From Perkinsus chesapeaki ATCC PRA-425 (taxonomy: Eukaryota > Protista > Perkinsozoa), in the NCBI GenBank assembly GCA_013115145.1, contig JAAPAO010000190.1, positions 1 to 55,795 on the forward strand: a DNA stretch of 55,795 bases. The letters run 5' to 3'. The notes under the pieces were generated by a model. The model made no database searches and had not been told where the DNA came from. It saw only the letters and a program-made list of their open reading frames with translations. The first letter of the stretch is position 1. Each line of letters begins with the position of its first letter. Shown here piece by piece: positions 34,450 to 48,000 of this stretch. Position numbers and translations under genes: made by a program.

Positions 34450-34854
34450 TCATGGTGAACTACTTGAGTGAGAATAGTATACCTCCTTTCCATTCGTATA
34501 GCGAATAGCAATTGCATGGCCTTCGGTGGCACGATCCAACCCCACGAGGGTAGCGCGATTGATGTACTCTGAGAACTTCGACATCAACTTCTGGATTTGC
34601 TGGGCGGTCCACTTCGGCAAGATTGCCATGTCATCTGGAGTCATAGTGAAATCGGTCCAATACTCATCCAAAATGGTGGTGAGGAGGAGCCTGTTTTTAG
34701 CCAGGATGTGGATTTCCTTTATAGGAACAAAAGGAAAGTCGCCAGTGACGGTGTAGCTACCAAGAGCCGGCGGACCAAGTGCAATATTAGCTTCCGTATC
34801 GGTTGCTCCGACCATTAGGGTACATAACAGCACGGTGAGTTGCGCCATGATCAT
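34450..34854 (-). CDS. Small secreted hypothetical protein, paralog B
   Basis: MIMAQLTVLLCTLMVGA signal peptide; shares PIKEI.IL...R and LD.ATEG.A.AI...NG...YYSH with paralog A. Confidence 0.8.
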   Translation of the reverse strand: MIMAQLTVLLCTLMVGATDTEANIALGPPALGSYTVTGDFPFVPIKEIHILAKNRLLLTTILDEYWTDFTMTPDDMAILPKWTAQQIQKLMSKFSEYINRATLVGLDRATEGHAIAIRYTNGKEVYYSHSSSSP

Positions 34855-36039
34855 GAAGAACGAGAGGTCCTTGAAAAACGGAAGTAAAAACTCAATTATC
34901 CATCCGTGACCATTGTCCCCCGCTCAACACAGTTCACCTCCGAGGTCCTAGCAAGAAGACGCCCCGCGACAATGATATTTGATACACTAGCAGAATTTGT
35001 CCCTCGAATCAATTTTCAATCTTTGGAGAGGTAACGGCTGAGACATGCACGCGTGCGGGTGACAGCGCCAGTGGCACTATCACGTGGCCGCTGCAATGTT
35101 ACAACAGACTAAATCTAATAAGTTGTGGAAACTCGCGCCTTGGGTGGTTGTTGATGAATGATCGTGCGTTGCGTCGTCTGAGGGAATACCCGGGATAATC
35201 CCGGCGGGATTCCAAATCGACTACAGAAGTGAGGGGCCAACAAGGCATCAAAAGGGAGCGGGCACTGTCATCATGTACACGGCTCAGGGAAGTGCAGCCT
35301 TCTGCGACTTCCATCCGCCTCTCAGCTTTTGGGCACTGGTCTCCTTGTTTCCATAGTGCGACTATCACACTGTGACTGGCGGAGTGAAACACGGATATTA
35401 TCTATGTCCACTTCAACGGCGTCCCCGAGCATCCAGCTACAGCTATCCTCGGCGCCGGCTGCATTCTCGAAAACCTCAGAGGTTTCCGAGTTTGGTGAGG
35501 GGTTCCCGTCAATTTTCCTTCTTGTTGAATTGATACAGCGTGGGTAAAAGATTTGAATACTTCCTAAGTGCCTTGAACGCAATGAAGAGTTACGGATAAA
35601 TGATTATTGTTTGGCAAGCGTTGGGCAACGATAGCGACATTCAAAAGAGCTGTAGATGTAAAGGTGATCACGATGCCTTTCCCGAGACCACTTAATCGAG
35701 AGGTTACTCTTACGGTTGAAAACTAGTCTCGATACGTAGGCGGTCACTGTGTGTTGTGCCATTTCCCATACTGTCGGTTGGCCACCGGTCCGGTCATGGT
35801 CAGATCTATGATATATACTCTTGCATGTTCTCCATCTCAGGTACCAATAGAGTAGATTAGCTTGCATAATGAGACAGATTCCTTTCGCAGATAGCCTATT
35901 CGACAGTTCCCTTACAGTGTCAGCTTCTTACCGAAATACTTTGATAGATAGAGTTTAGATACCGTCTGTTGCCTGTCTACCTGGTTGAGTTGTAAATAGT
36001 CTTCGATCTGTTAATACAGTGCTGATAGTCGTTCAATTC

Positions 36040-39000
36040 ATGCTCGATTTCACGCGTATATTCCATCTCATTATACTGCTCATTTCCGGTACTTCGAGAA
36101 TGAGAAGTTTAGAAATAGTGAGCCCGCAGGCAGTATCTATCAATCAACGCGACCGCGACATAAAGGTCATCGTCAGTGGTGCCGAGGACGGGTCTCCATG
36201 CCGTTGGACTGCTGTGGACGTTGATAAAAAGGTCCTTCTGACTGCGAAGATCACGGCGACAGGTGTGCCTTCTCATGTAAAGCAACGAGTATGTATCCTC
36301 CGGCTTGAAGAAAATGCGTCATGGCCAGGACAGCCTTCTCAGAAGCAGCGAATTCGATTATATCTATTCGTGGGGAATAAGCGTTCGTTAAAGTCTCTGG
36401 AACTGCTCCCTTCTTATTCTACAGTCGCTGTCTCAACCAGCGAGAAGCCTTTGCAGTCTCGTCTGGATCATCAAGGAGGTGCAGTCTTTATCCGACGACA
36501 GTCGGGCGATACGCTAGTCTTCGCTGGGGATACAGTCATTGTCGCCACGGTTGTTGATGGTTGGTCACCAGACTTCGCTGAGTACCTCGAGTGGTGCGTC
36601 TTCAAGTCAAGCACGGCCGGTGAGTACACGGTGGTGCGTACGGATAGTACATCTACGCTTCGTAAGCATCGCAGGGCCTATTTAAGTAGCTGTAGGGTGC
36701 CAGGCGATGCCCAGCCCGGTAAGTGGGCCATCGCTATGAGCACTTCGGTCGATATGCATGCGGGGCTGACATTCGTCAGCTTCGTTGTGAAGGAGAGCGC
36801 TGGAGCTCTTCAGGCCCGGCTAACAGAGCAAAAGCTAGCCAGCGGCAAGCTGCGATTTGTTGACCTACAAGGAAGTGCGCCATTACAGTTTATTCTGAGA
36901 GTGGAGACTTGGAAGGCTCGTTGCTTAGGCAGCGGAGTCTGGTACATATCAGAGAAGAAGATGGTGATATGCGCGAATGGTAGCTTGAAGGTTGGCGACC
37001 ATTCTGTTCGGTGGTTGGCCGCGCCAGAAATCACGTGGTCCACAATAGACTGTCGTTTCATTGTGGCCCAGGTTGAGGACGGCGGGTCGTTCCCATTCGG
37101 TTGGTTTGCCGAAAGTGGGTATGACTTGAGCAAACTACCGTGGGATAAAATTAAGGTGGAGGATTATGCAATACCGACTGACTTAGAATTCGGTCTCAGT
37201 TATGGAATACCTGCGTTATGTTTCCGAGGAGACGGTCGACTACTGCAAAAGCTATCACGAAGTGTTGCACAGGTCAAGTCGCCTGTCTCTTTGATGGCAC
37301 TGACAGATATGGAGATGCCGAGTCAAAGCGAGAATGCCAGTTCGGCCCCGATACGAGCTAATGGTAGCTACACCTTGAAGCACCCTATACGCCCTAGCGG
37401 TGGTACCTCATCTGTAGAGCTACACTGGTTGGGGGACTCACTACCCGTCTCGGGTCTTGGTGCCGCCTGCAGCTGGAAAGATACCACCACTGGAGCGATT
37501 GCTCGGCGGAATGGAATTTGCACCGCAGCTGACGAAGTTAGTTGCTTTGTGCCCAATGTTAATAATACGCTGAAGGACTTCCTACTCTTCGAGCTCACCA
37601 TAAACGAGTCTCTGATATTTGTATACGAAACCTGGCAATCCGAAGATGGGAGAACACTTAGAGTCTACGATGTTAATTTCACTTCACTCGATATGCAGAC
37701 TTTCACTATCAGCATGCCTATTTCCGGTACTCCTATTATTGAAAGCGGATATGGCGTGCGAACGAAAATAACGATATCGGGGTCATTCGTGCCGTATGTT
37801 TCGGACTTGTGGTACCTTGGTTGCTCGTTCAACGATATATTACAACAGTACGAAGACGTCTTGGTCGAAGGCACGTCGCAAAATAACTCGACAAAGTTAG
37901 AATGTTTATTACCCAGTAACTTCACTCACCATGAATTCGCATCCAGCTTACATATTATTGCCTTAAAAATCGATGACCCCCATGAGGTTATCGCGCGATT
38001 CTCTGGCTCAAATCCTTTGCCTTTCGTATCTGCCAAGATATTCACGATTAAAGGCGCGACGCCTAGCTGGGGATTAGCTGGCCTCACTACCGAGGTTACG
38101 ATTTACGGTGGGGATTTTCCTCCGGCGGATTTCATCGAGCTTTTGTGCCACTTCGAAGGGATCGGTTATACTAGGGCTTCCCGCAGTAATGAAACTACTA
38201 TTGCCTGCCCTACTCCTGAGGCTGGTCAGTCACCAAAACTTGGCAGTAGACTTACGGTGATGTACGACACAACACAACGGGAGACGGCTAATTGGCGCGC
38301 TCACGAAGCAAGCTCTTTATCCTCCTACCCGACTGTGAGTTACGACCAGTACGAGATTCCTGTAATAACCAGCATCTCACCGGCATCTAGACAGCTTTAC
38401 CCGTTATCACAAAATAACACCAGAAGGCTACGTATAACTCATGCTGGTCGGTTACCTTGGATCATGTTATGGCCAAATTCGGTAGCTTGTGAGTTCAGTC
38501 CGAGCCTTGGAGCTCCTACACAAGGCATAGCCGAAGCTGCAACTGCTACGGTAGTGTGCCCTGTCCCAATGCTAGCGATGGAAACAAACGTGACAGACAT
38601 AAGTATCTCATATCGTATAAATGGCAGTCATATCTATACCCCAATATTTAGCCTCGGTCATGTCGCGTCATTTGATATTATCCCGAGGCCAAAAGTTATC
38701 AGACTTGTACGAAATAGTTCAGTGCACCTACAGCTAGCTCCTATGTGTGGCTCACCAAGACGATTTATCGCGGTCGTCGAGGCGGCGAATACACCTTCAC
38801 GAGAAAATAGATGTTCGGTGGTACTGGTCCCTCCGGACGGCGTACTTCCTGGTCGTCTCACAGGATTGTCAGATGGTACTTTCCAATGTAACGTACCTAT
38901 TGTCGTACCGGCTTCCCTCCAAACTCAGATCGAGTCCACAAGTTCTAACAAAAGTGATTTCTCGGCCTACGTCATTATAGGCCAGCTTGATGTCCTTGAT

Positions 39001-42000
39001 CTGCAGAATGACGATATTAGAAATCATCTGCTACATGGCTCCGCTGAAGTTCCTGTTGTAGTTGCTAGAGGTATCCGTAACAGCTCTGTTACTTATTCAT
39101 CCCTGGCATTGAACACTCACGCGAGGCGCCTTCGTGAAGGAACTTGCGCGGATGGGTCGTGGGACATGTGGCGCCGAGCATCTTCGCAGCAGCCAAGCAT
39201 TTCACCCGCTGGAAGTGCACTGGCCGATGGGTACCATGTTTCAAAAGTCGTTGCGAAGGCCCCTGATGTGAGAAAGCTTGTGCACGTGCCTGCTAATGAA
39301 ACAGAGCCAGCCCCACCCCCGCCTAAGGACTGGTTCAACCACAACGTATCTTTAAATGCGGTGTCCCCAGATTGGAGTTTTTCGAATGGTGGTGGATCGT
39401 TCTTGATCTCAGGAACGTTTATTGCTCCTTCTATTTACAACTTTTCTGGATTCCTGGTGAACTTTGGCAACCAGGGGCCGCGCGTTTCTGCACATTTAGT
39501 CAACGAGTCCACCCTGAGCTTTGTAGCTCCTGCTATGCCCGATAACTTCTTCGATATGATCGAGTTGAGTATTACTGTGATCTTCTTGAGTCCTTTCAAC
39601 GGCACTCATGTGAACTTGACTGCCAACCACCCCGGCCTCATGTTTAGCTACCTCCCCAGCTTCTCCTTGGGTGGGTTACAGCCCCGAGCCGGACCTCCTG
39701 GCGGTCTCACTAATTTGACAATGAGAGTCATGTTTTATGCGAACTTCAGTTCCGGACTCGAGCGTGAGCTTGGCCTAGAATTTGACTGCGCGATTGGCTG
39801 GACTAGATCTCCGGCGACTTTCACGCTAGCCAACCCTCTAGACTTAGCTGCGCTCGCTATGACTAGAAGTTACGAAGTATGGTGTGAAGCTCCGATGGCT
39901 GGGCCAAGAAGAGACGTGTGCGTCCAGTTGGTCCCGCGAAGGGCTCGGTATGTAGTGAACCCCTTGCAGCCGTGTAACAATACGGCTGGCTTACATAGAC
40001 TTGAGTATAACTACTATAGACAAGTAACGGGTCCACGAAGGGGCAAGCCTTCCATTTCGCCCATCGCTTCAGGTACCCCGGGTAGATCACCTATCACCCT
40101 CAGTTGGCCTGTTTGAAGGAGGTGCATCGGTCGTGGTATCAGGGAAGAACTTCCCCTCTAACATTACTTTCCCGTATCTACCCACAGCGCTGTGCCGATT
40201 AGATATTTACATATCCCACGGTCTTCGGATCGATAATTCGTCTGTTCTTTGTGAAGCACCCGCTCTTTCATTCTTTTGTAACTCCTCGATCCAAGCTCCT
40301 GATTGCCCCGATGGCTACGGCGTCAACGGCACCATAGGTGTTCCTGTAACCTTGAGCTTCAATGGCGGTCGAGACTGGTCCTTCAGGTAGGTCTGGCTGC
40401 ACTTAGTTTCCATGTTCCAAGCCGTCTTGGCTTGGAGGCAACTTGACTCGCTCCTCGCATATCATTAATCCGCATAATTTTATTTACCGTTATCCTCAGC
40501 TCGGTCAACTTCACCTACGTTCCTCGGAGCTCTATAATTGGTATATTCCCAACCTTCGGACCCGTAACTGGCGGCACGAAATTGTCAGTATCAGTGGCTT
40601 CAACCCACTACGCTGCACGCAAGTTATGTGTCGGCGACCAGGTCGTCCCGGTGACACCCAAAGCATATCCAACTAATACAGGTCTTTCCGGTATAACCGA
40701 TTACGAGGCTACGGTACCGGCCCTTGCGAAGAACGGTGAGGCCTATTCTTGAAGTATAAGCAGATCCACTCGTCGTGGATAGGCACAACTAGTATTGAAG
40801 TGTGGACGGTTGGGGTGTCAATTATGCAAGGCGACGGACGCTGCTTTATGGGCGACAGAAACTTCACATACGTTGCTATGTGGAAAGTTCATAACGTCGA
40901 ACCTGCTCAAGGGGTGCTTCAGAGAATACGCGATCCAGCGGCTTTGCTTATAAGTGGAAGCAACTTTTACATGAGTCTGGAAGCTCGGTGATATCGACCC
41001 GATGCGTTGTCAACGAAATGAAGTACGCATTTTTTAGATGCCGGTTTTCAATATCGATGATGATCAATGGAAGTGCATTTGCCGATTCCGATCACAACAC
41101 TTCAGCCGCGCATAGCGAAGTGTCTCGATATGGGGCTACTTCGACGCGGGCTCTCGCAGTGAGAGATAGACCGTTGGCCATGTGAGACATGGATAGGTTT
41201 GGCTGTTTCAGGATTTCATCGCGCGTCGAGCCTGCGATATCGAAGTGGAGGCTAATGTATTGGACTGGAATCGACTCATGTGTGGTCCGGAGTTTGGTGT
41301 TGACTTTATCGACCGTACAGTTGCAGCATGTGGAGGAGATATCCTAGCAGCCGCTCTTTCTTCGGAACCGAGGTGACTTTCAGTCTCGAAGTTCTTTTCC
41401 GTGCTTTAAGGTTTCGAGTATATAATACCGAGCATCTCAGGTACATGATCGTCTTGTCGTCATTATCCATGAGCATTTCCGTTGCAATGAACGGTGTAGA
41501 CTATGCTCCGGCGGTTACAGCTGAAGCTGGGAAAGCATGGACTTTATTATACTCGATTTTCTTAGCACCTAGCGTAGTCGGTATCGAACCAGGAAGGGGG
41601 CCCGATGCGGGAGGGTAGGTGTTAAACTTCTTAATCAAGCGAATTAGCATAGCGCGGGTTCATGATCGACCCAGTTAATACGTGATACACATCAGGTATC
41701 CAATTCGGTTCGTGGTCTCTGGCTCGGTTGTATGGAGGGTTACTAGCTGTCGCTTCGAGCCTGCCCATGTCTGGGATGGCGTGGCAACGTCGGAATCAAA
41801 TGATACACCGTGGGTAGATGTCCCTGCTACCCCAGTATCTGATAGAGAGGTGAGATTCCCCTATGAAGTAAATCTTCTATATTCGCTTGCCTTAAACGTG
41901 AATAAAGACTCCACCCGACAGTGACCATGCTCTGATAGGTAATTTGCGTCGCTCCTCGCTGGCATATCGAACCTGGGCGCGATGCATCTCTGGTCAATAT

Positions 42001-45000
42001 CTCTATGCAAATAACGAGCACACTTTGGACGAATGTCACACAGTTTACTTACGTGAAATCTCCTGAAATTGAGAGTGTTAGTCCGGCTGAAGGACACTCT
42101 AATGGCGGAACTCGTGTTACTATTTATGGCAAAGGTAGCTCCATTTTCAAAGTATCGACAGACGCGTGCGTGTCATTGACAGGATTCAATTTATTCGATC
42201 CGGAAGTGTTGGGGTCGTCGGACATGCGCATCTCCTGCGTGTTCGGCAGAACGGCGGTTGCAGCTCACTACATATCACCAACCGAGCTCTACTGCTACTC
42301 GCCACCGAGCACATTTAGTGATACCCAATCGGGTGAGCCTTTGAATCTCCCATGATTGGGGTTTCGGTCTCGGCCCCTTAATCAGGTCATTATGTCAATT
42401 TGGACCTCACACTGGCACATGAACCTTCACATCCTAGTCTCCGTGTTCCCAGTGTATCACTGGTGCCTCTCTATCAGCAACTATTTTATTATCGAGGGGC
42501 TCGCTTCTCGGTAACCTACGCAAGCCCGTTATCTGGACCGCGAACAGGCGGCACACGTATGTCGATCTACTCGGACGAGCCTTTCCTGAATACCGGTCTT
42601 CTGCGATGTGCCTTTGGGAAACAGTTGGTGCCCGCACAATGGGTGTCCCCTTTTCGAATTGACTGCAGCAGCCCATCTGTAAACTCCCCAGGAGCTGTTA
42701 AATTTGGGCTTTCCTCGGACAACCAAACTATTACTCCACTCACGGTTGTCGATCCTACATCGAAGCTGCCTGTTGAACTACAATTTACTTACTACATAGG
42801 TGCCACCGTAGCATCTGTATCACCATCGTTTGGTGGTACTGATGGTGGGACCGTTGTTTTACTGCAGGGCTCACACTTTGCGGACTACTCTGACCTCTCC
42901 TGCAGATTCGGGACAACCGTTGTGCCGGTTTTGAGGTTTATATCATCAAGCGCTATCTTATGCAAGAGCCCCGCTCATCAGATGGGAGCTATCGTCGTAG
43001 GAGTGGCGAATAATGGCCAAGACTTTACCGGAGGAGCAGGTGTGATTGCGATTCTCTCTGTTCATTCGCTGTTCGGTGGTGGCCTCACTTGCTTTTGCTT
43101 GCATCATGCAGCTCATTGATTCCCCAGGGTCACTTCTACTCTGTGTTTCTAGAATGCTCTCTCAGGTACTGTTTACACATACATCAATTCCAAGCCTGCT
43201 TTTATCATTACTCCCTTCCTTGGTCCCATATCTGGTAACACTCGCGTCACTGTGCGCGCCTCTGATACCGATACTATTCCGCCACACATTTGGCGAGCAG
43301 CCTCAAGCAGCAGTTACTGCAGCTTTGGTACACTTAAAGCTGAAGCTCTAGTGGACGATGCTACTGCAACCCTCTACTGTATATCACCCAAAACCACGGA
43401 ACCCGGTGAAGTAACTCTCTTAATATCGCTTAATGGTCAGGACACTGCCGCCGCCACGCAAAAATACTATTACTATGCTCCTCCGTTTATCAGTCTAGTA
43501 GAGCCTCCGATGGGGCCGCAGGGTCAGAGTACTTTCATAACTCTTACAGGCGGCAACTTTTACAATACCGATATGCTAACGGTGAAGTTTGGCGGGGTCT
43601 CCTCCAACAATGAAGATTCTACAGTTGCACTCAGACGAGCTATTTGGCTGAGTAATTCTCAACTTCAAGTAGAGAGCCCCGATCTTGCGCCTGGTGGGCA
43701 ACTGAGGGTGCCCCTATACGTGTCGAATAATGACCAAAACTTCTCCCCAGAGGGTATAGGATACTGGGACGCCGATGACGACAGCCACGACGAGGCGAAA
43801 TCGCTCAGGTTAGGAGTCAAGCTCATCTGTGTCAGGGGTGTCTCTTAGTGTCTTCCCAGATACTACACGTTTCACTTGCCAATTATTATAAAGGGCGTAT
43901 ATCCCCAAGAGGGCAATATGCATGGTGGTGGATTGATCTCAGTTCACGGCGGGCCATTTATTGCGACGGCAGAACTTCTGTGCTCCTTCGATTGGGTCTA
44001 TATCGACCGTACGGTTGCTAGGCCGGTGGTCGTATCACCTACGCAACTCCTTTGCCCAGTCCCAGATATGTGGGATGCTAGGTCAGCCAATGCTTTAAAT
44101 AGAGAAGCCAGAGTGCGCATTACCCTCAATGGTATCGACTGGAGCCTAACTGATGCGCTGTTTACCTTCAAAAGCATGAGCCCACCAGGCTACTTCACCC
44201 ATCATTTAGAACAATCAATATTCACCTCCCAAATTCGGCCATGTCCCTCTGGGCACATGTGCGAAGAGACTGGCCTCAGCCAACCCATGCCGTGCCCGCC
44301 AGGAACGTATCAGCCTAGAGGTGGCAGCAGACAGTGCCTGGATTGCCCCATGGGATACTACTGCCCAACCGCAAGAATGGAGAAGGCCGTAGTTTGCCCT
44401 GCCGGTTGGATTTGTGATGAGGAAGGCCTCGTGAGTCCATACAAGCGATGCCCTGCGGGCTTCATGTGTCAACCTGGAACAGCTGCGGGATCGGCTACAC
44501 CTGTCCAGACTATATTCCTCGAGTCCAACAACCCTACAATATACACTGCCGGTTTTAATGCACCAAAACTTTGCCCTAGGGGGCTGCACTGCTATGCTGG
44601 CACTTCGACACTTCGTTCCTCGCCGGGGAACTTAAGCACTCCCCAACCCTGCTTTCAGGGTTTTTTCTGTCCGCCAGGTAGCAGCAAACCCTACGGGGCA
44701 GGTGCGTGCCCACCGGGTAAATACTGCCCGGTTCCGCGCTCGGCCGGTATCACCTGCCCGTCCCGTTTCAAGTGCGGACCCATGCCGGGCCAGTTCGAGC
44801 CAACAAAATGCCCTGCCGGCAGCTATAATCCCTACCATGGTCAACATAACTGTACATTGTGTAATGAGGGCGGTATTTGCCCTGTGCCCATGATGGAGCG
44901 ACCTAAACCTGCAGAGTGTGGATACGTTGCAGCCAGAAAGGGTATAAAGGTTCATTCTGGGAATGACCTATGTCCTGCTGGGAGGGTATGTGGTTGGGGT

Positions 45001-48000
45001 GTAGCATCGGTTACTGAGCCCAAGATATGCTCTGTGGTGGAAGCAAGCTCGATAGGTAATATGTCCTTCCCTGAGGATTCTTGCCTGCCCGAGCTTGGTG
45101 AGGCATATGTGACAAGGGAACGAGCCCGCTTGCTCTTGACTGGCGGTGATGTAGCCAACCGACTCAACAACTCATTAGGATTATGCTGCTGGACATCCGG
45201 GAAAGTTCTGCAGTTTCTGAGCGGGATTGCATCACACTTTGAAAACCTTCAAGTGCCCCTGTTGGATGAGGCACGTGCGGCGTGGACACTAGTGCACAAG
45301 GTTAGATCTCTCAACGAGAGGGAAACAGCGTTGGATAGCTCAGCCACAGGCTTTGATGGTCTTGCAATGCTTCTTAACTTCACTGATGACTCTCTACGTC
45401 TGTCGTGGGAACTGCATTTGTCTCGGGTGCGGCGCAGGATACTCCTCGACATTGCGCGACGGTTCTATTTCAACACCCCTAAACCTTGTCCGAAGGGGTC
45501 CTTCTGCAACACTGGGACATGTGAAGACCTTATGGTCGTTGTTTCGGACTCGGGTCAAACATCGTCTGGGAGACGAAGGCTTGAGGCTGTGGTCGAAGAC
45601 GCAGACGGTATAACGCGGAGGAAGGCACTGGCGGATACCGATATTGCATATTTCAATATGCCTAAAGCAGACATCGTTCGCATGTCAGATGACGACCAAC
45701 AATTTGTCATGATTCAACTTGGTGCTCAAAGGCCCAGGGTCCTCACGTCCGCTGACAGTATGCGCCGTACCCGATTGTTGCAAACTACAGGCTCGGAAGA
45801 GGTCCAGCGGGTGACATTGCCACCGAACCACCCTCTAGCACTCCGTGCCCCGCAGCAATGCCTAGCGGGCACCTACTGTAATGCCCGGGCTAACTCAAGT
45901 CTGGGGACGGGTTTATGCCCAACAGGAATGTACTGCTCCTCGGGCGCATCTGAGCCCGCACCAGCACCCGAGGGCGAGTTTGTCGGCGAAACAGGACGTG
46001 TCAGGGGACGTATGTGCACACCTGGGAAGTTTGCACCGCAGCCCAGCTCCCCAATTTGCTACCCATGTCCTCCAGGCTATAGCTGCCCAGATTTTGGGAC
46101 TCGGACTCCCTTCATATGTTCGCGGGGCACTTTCCGACTTTCGTCTGGTGGAGAAGCTGGTTCGGCTTTTGACGACGAAACGCCAGTTGTGGTAGATGAG
46201 TCTGGGGGGTCTTCATCTGGCAGCATCTCGTGTAGCCCCTGTGTAGCGGGTACATGGTCTGCTTTACGAGGGACTGAGGACGAGACTGGTTGTGATCCAT
46301 GCCCAGCTGGACGATTCTGCCTTGCTAAAACGGGCAATTTGAGTGAAACGAATCCTTGCCCGGAAGGAAATATCTGCGGTGAAGGGACGACTTTGGAAAC
46401 GGCCTCGAAGGTGCTATGTTTTGATGGCTTCTTTTGTGGCCCGGGTACAAGTCCTACTTCGGTCTATCAATCACTCTGCTTGAAAGAGTTCTACTGCCCT
46501 CAAGGAACAACCTTCGCCAACAGGTACAACTTCCGTTGCCCTACAGGATTTTATTGTCCTGCGGGTACAGGCTGGAAGCCCGATATGGATGTGCCACTCC
46601 GACCAAATTCGGCCTACTTGAAGTACATTCACTTTCATATACTACAAGTTGTTGGGCAGTACTGCCTTCGCCAGCTACATGCCGCTGAGTATAACTACAT
46701 CCAGTACACTAATGACGCACGGCGACGAAGCGGCCTCGCAGAAGAAATGCCGAGGTCAGAGGTACAAGTGCGTTTGTCTAAATGGACTACTTCAATGTTA
46801 AACTGCGTACACTCTCAAATAGAGTACATACCGCTTTTAGCCGATGGGGTGGAGGGTGTCACCAAAGAGCTATTCGATGAAGAAACGTGGCACAGTGAGA
46901 GCATACTCACACTACAGCCCTGGAAGCTCGCACATGAGTACTCTAATAAGTGCCTCAACGACACATATCCTAGGGTCAGAAGCGGTTCCACTTGGGACTG
47001 TCTCTGCACGAGCGAGCCAGCTGGAGGTGAACTAATGAAATGCCTGACAAGCTCGGTTGATCCTTACGAGGAACCACACGGCGCGCCTTTCCGATACGAT
47101 GGTGATGGAGAGCTCACCAGTTCATCCTGTTCTCCTTGGCCAGACTGTATCGATTGGAGTAGAGTATCTCAAGATAATATTGGTGGCTCCGCCGGGCCAG
47201 AAGGCGGTCCTTTCTGGGATGATTTTGATCGACTTGCCGTCCCTTTTATTGACTACGTACGAGCAGCTCTGGAGAGGGAGATGAAGAGAACCGCCCTTGC
47301 GGTTGACGAGGCTGGTCGTAGTCAGCAAAGCCGGACCAGATGCCCATTTGGGACCCTCACATCAGAGGACGCAGAGTCCGAGCTTGAGCTCTGCGTGAAA
47401 CGCAAGTCGATTGTTCACCTCGAGGATAATGCCGACATTGTTATATCTCGCATTAATCCAGTAGCAATGGCCAACGTAGACTCCGTACCAAGACCGATAC
47501 CACCCTCTATGCAGGGAAAGATCATACCAGTCATAGACGACGAGGACGAGAGAGTAGTGTACAGTCTTCCAGCTCGAGGAAGCGCTGTAATAACACTTGA
47601 CCTCCGCCACCTCCCTTTCGGGGTTGAGTATGGGAGAGATTGGCGTATGCGCATCGTCGCCAATGACACTCTTCCGCATGATTTCGACGACTCGCAAGTA
47701 TGTGAAAATATATGGGCACGATGGTATCTGGACAAGGAGCTGTATTATGGTAGTTTGGCAGATGTCCGGGAGGATGATCTTCGAGAACACAACTGCACAG
47801 CACTGCAGATGCCCATTGCATTAGAGAAGTTTATGATGGCTTCTGGCAGTCTATGTCCAAGCTCTACTGATCCACTATGTCTGGGCTTTGGCTTTACCCA
47901 GTCGATTTCGACAGCTGTCTGCAGTAGCGGGGGTCCAGGCCAGAGTCCCACAGGGCAGCCTAAGGTTATCGAGTTACAGCTGCACGCCCTGGTGGATATT

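Noticed and set aside
34268-34453. LEVQETW resembling a retrotransposon AP-endonuclease motif
   Set aside because: Single short motif with no other endonuclease or reverse-transcriptase motifs nearby.
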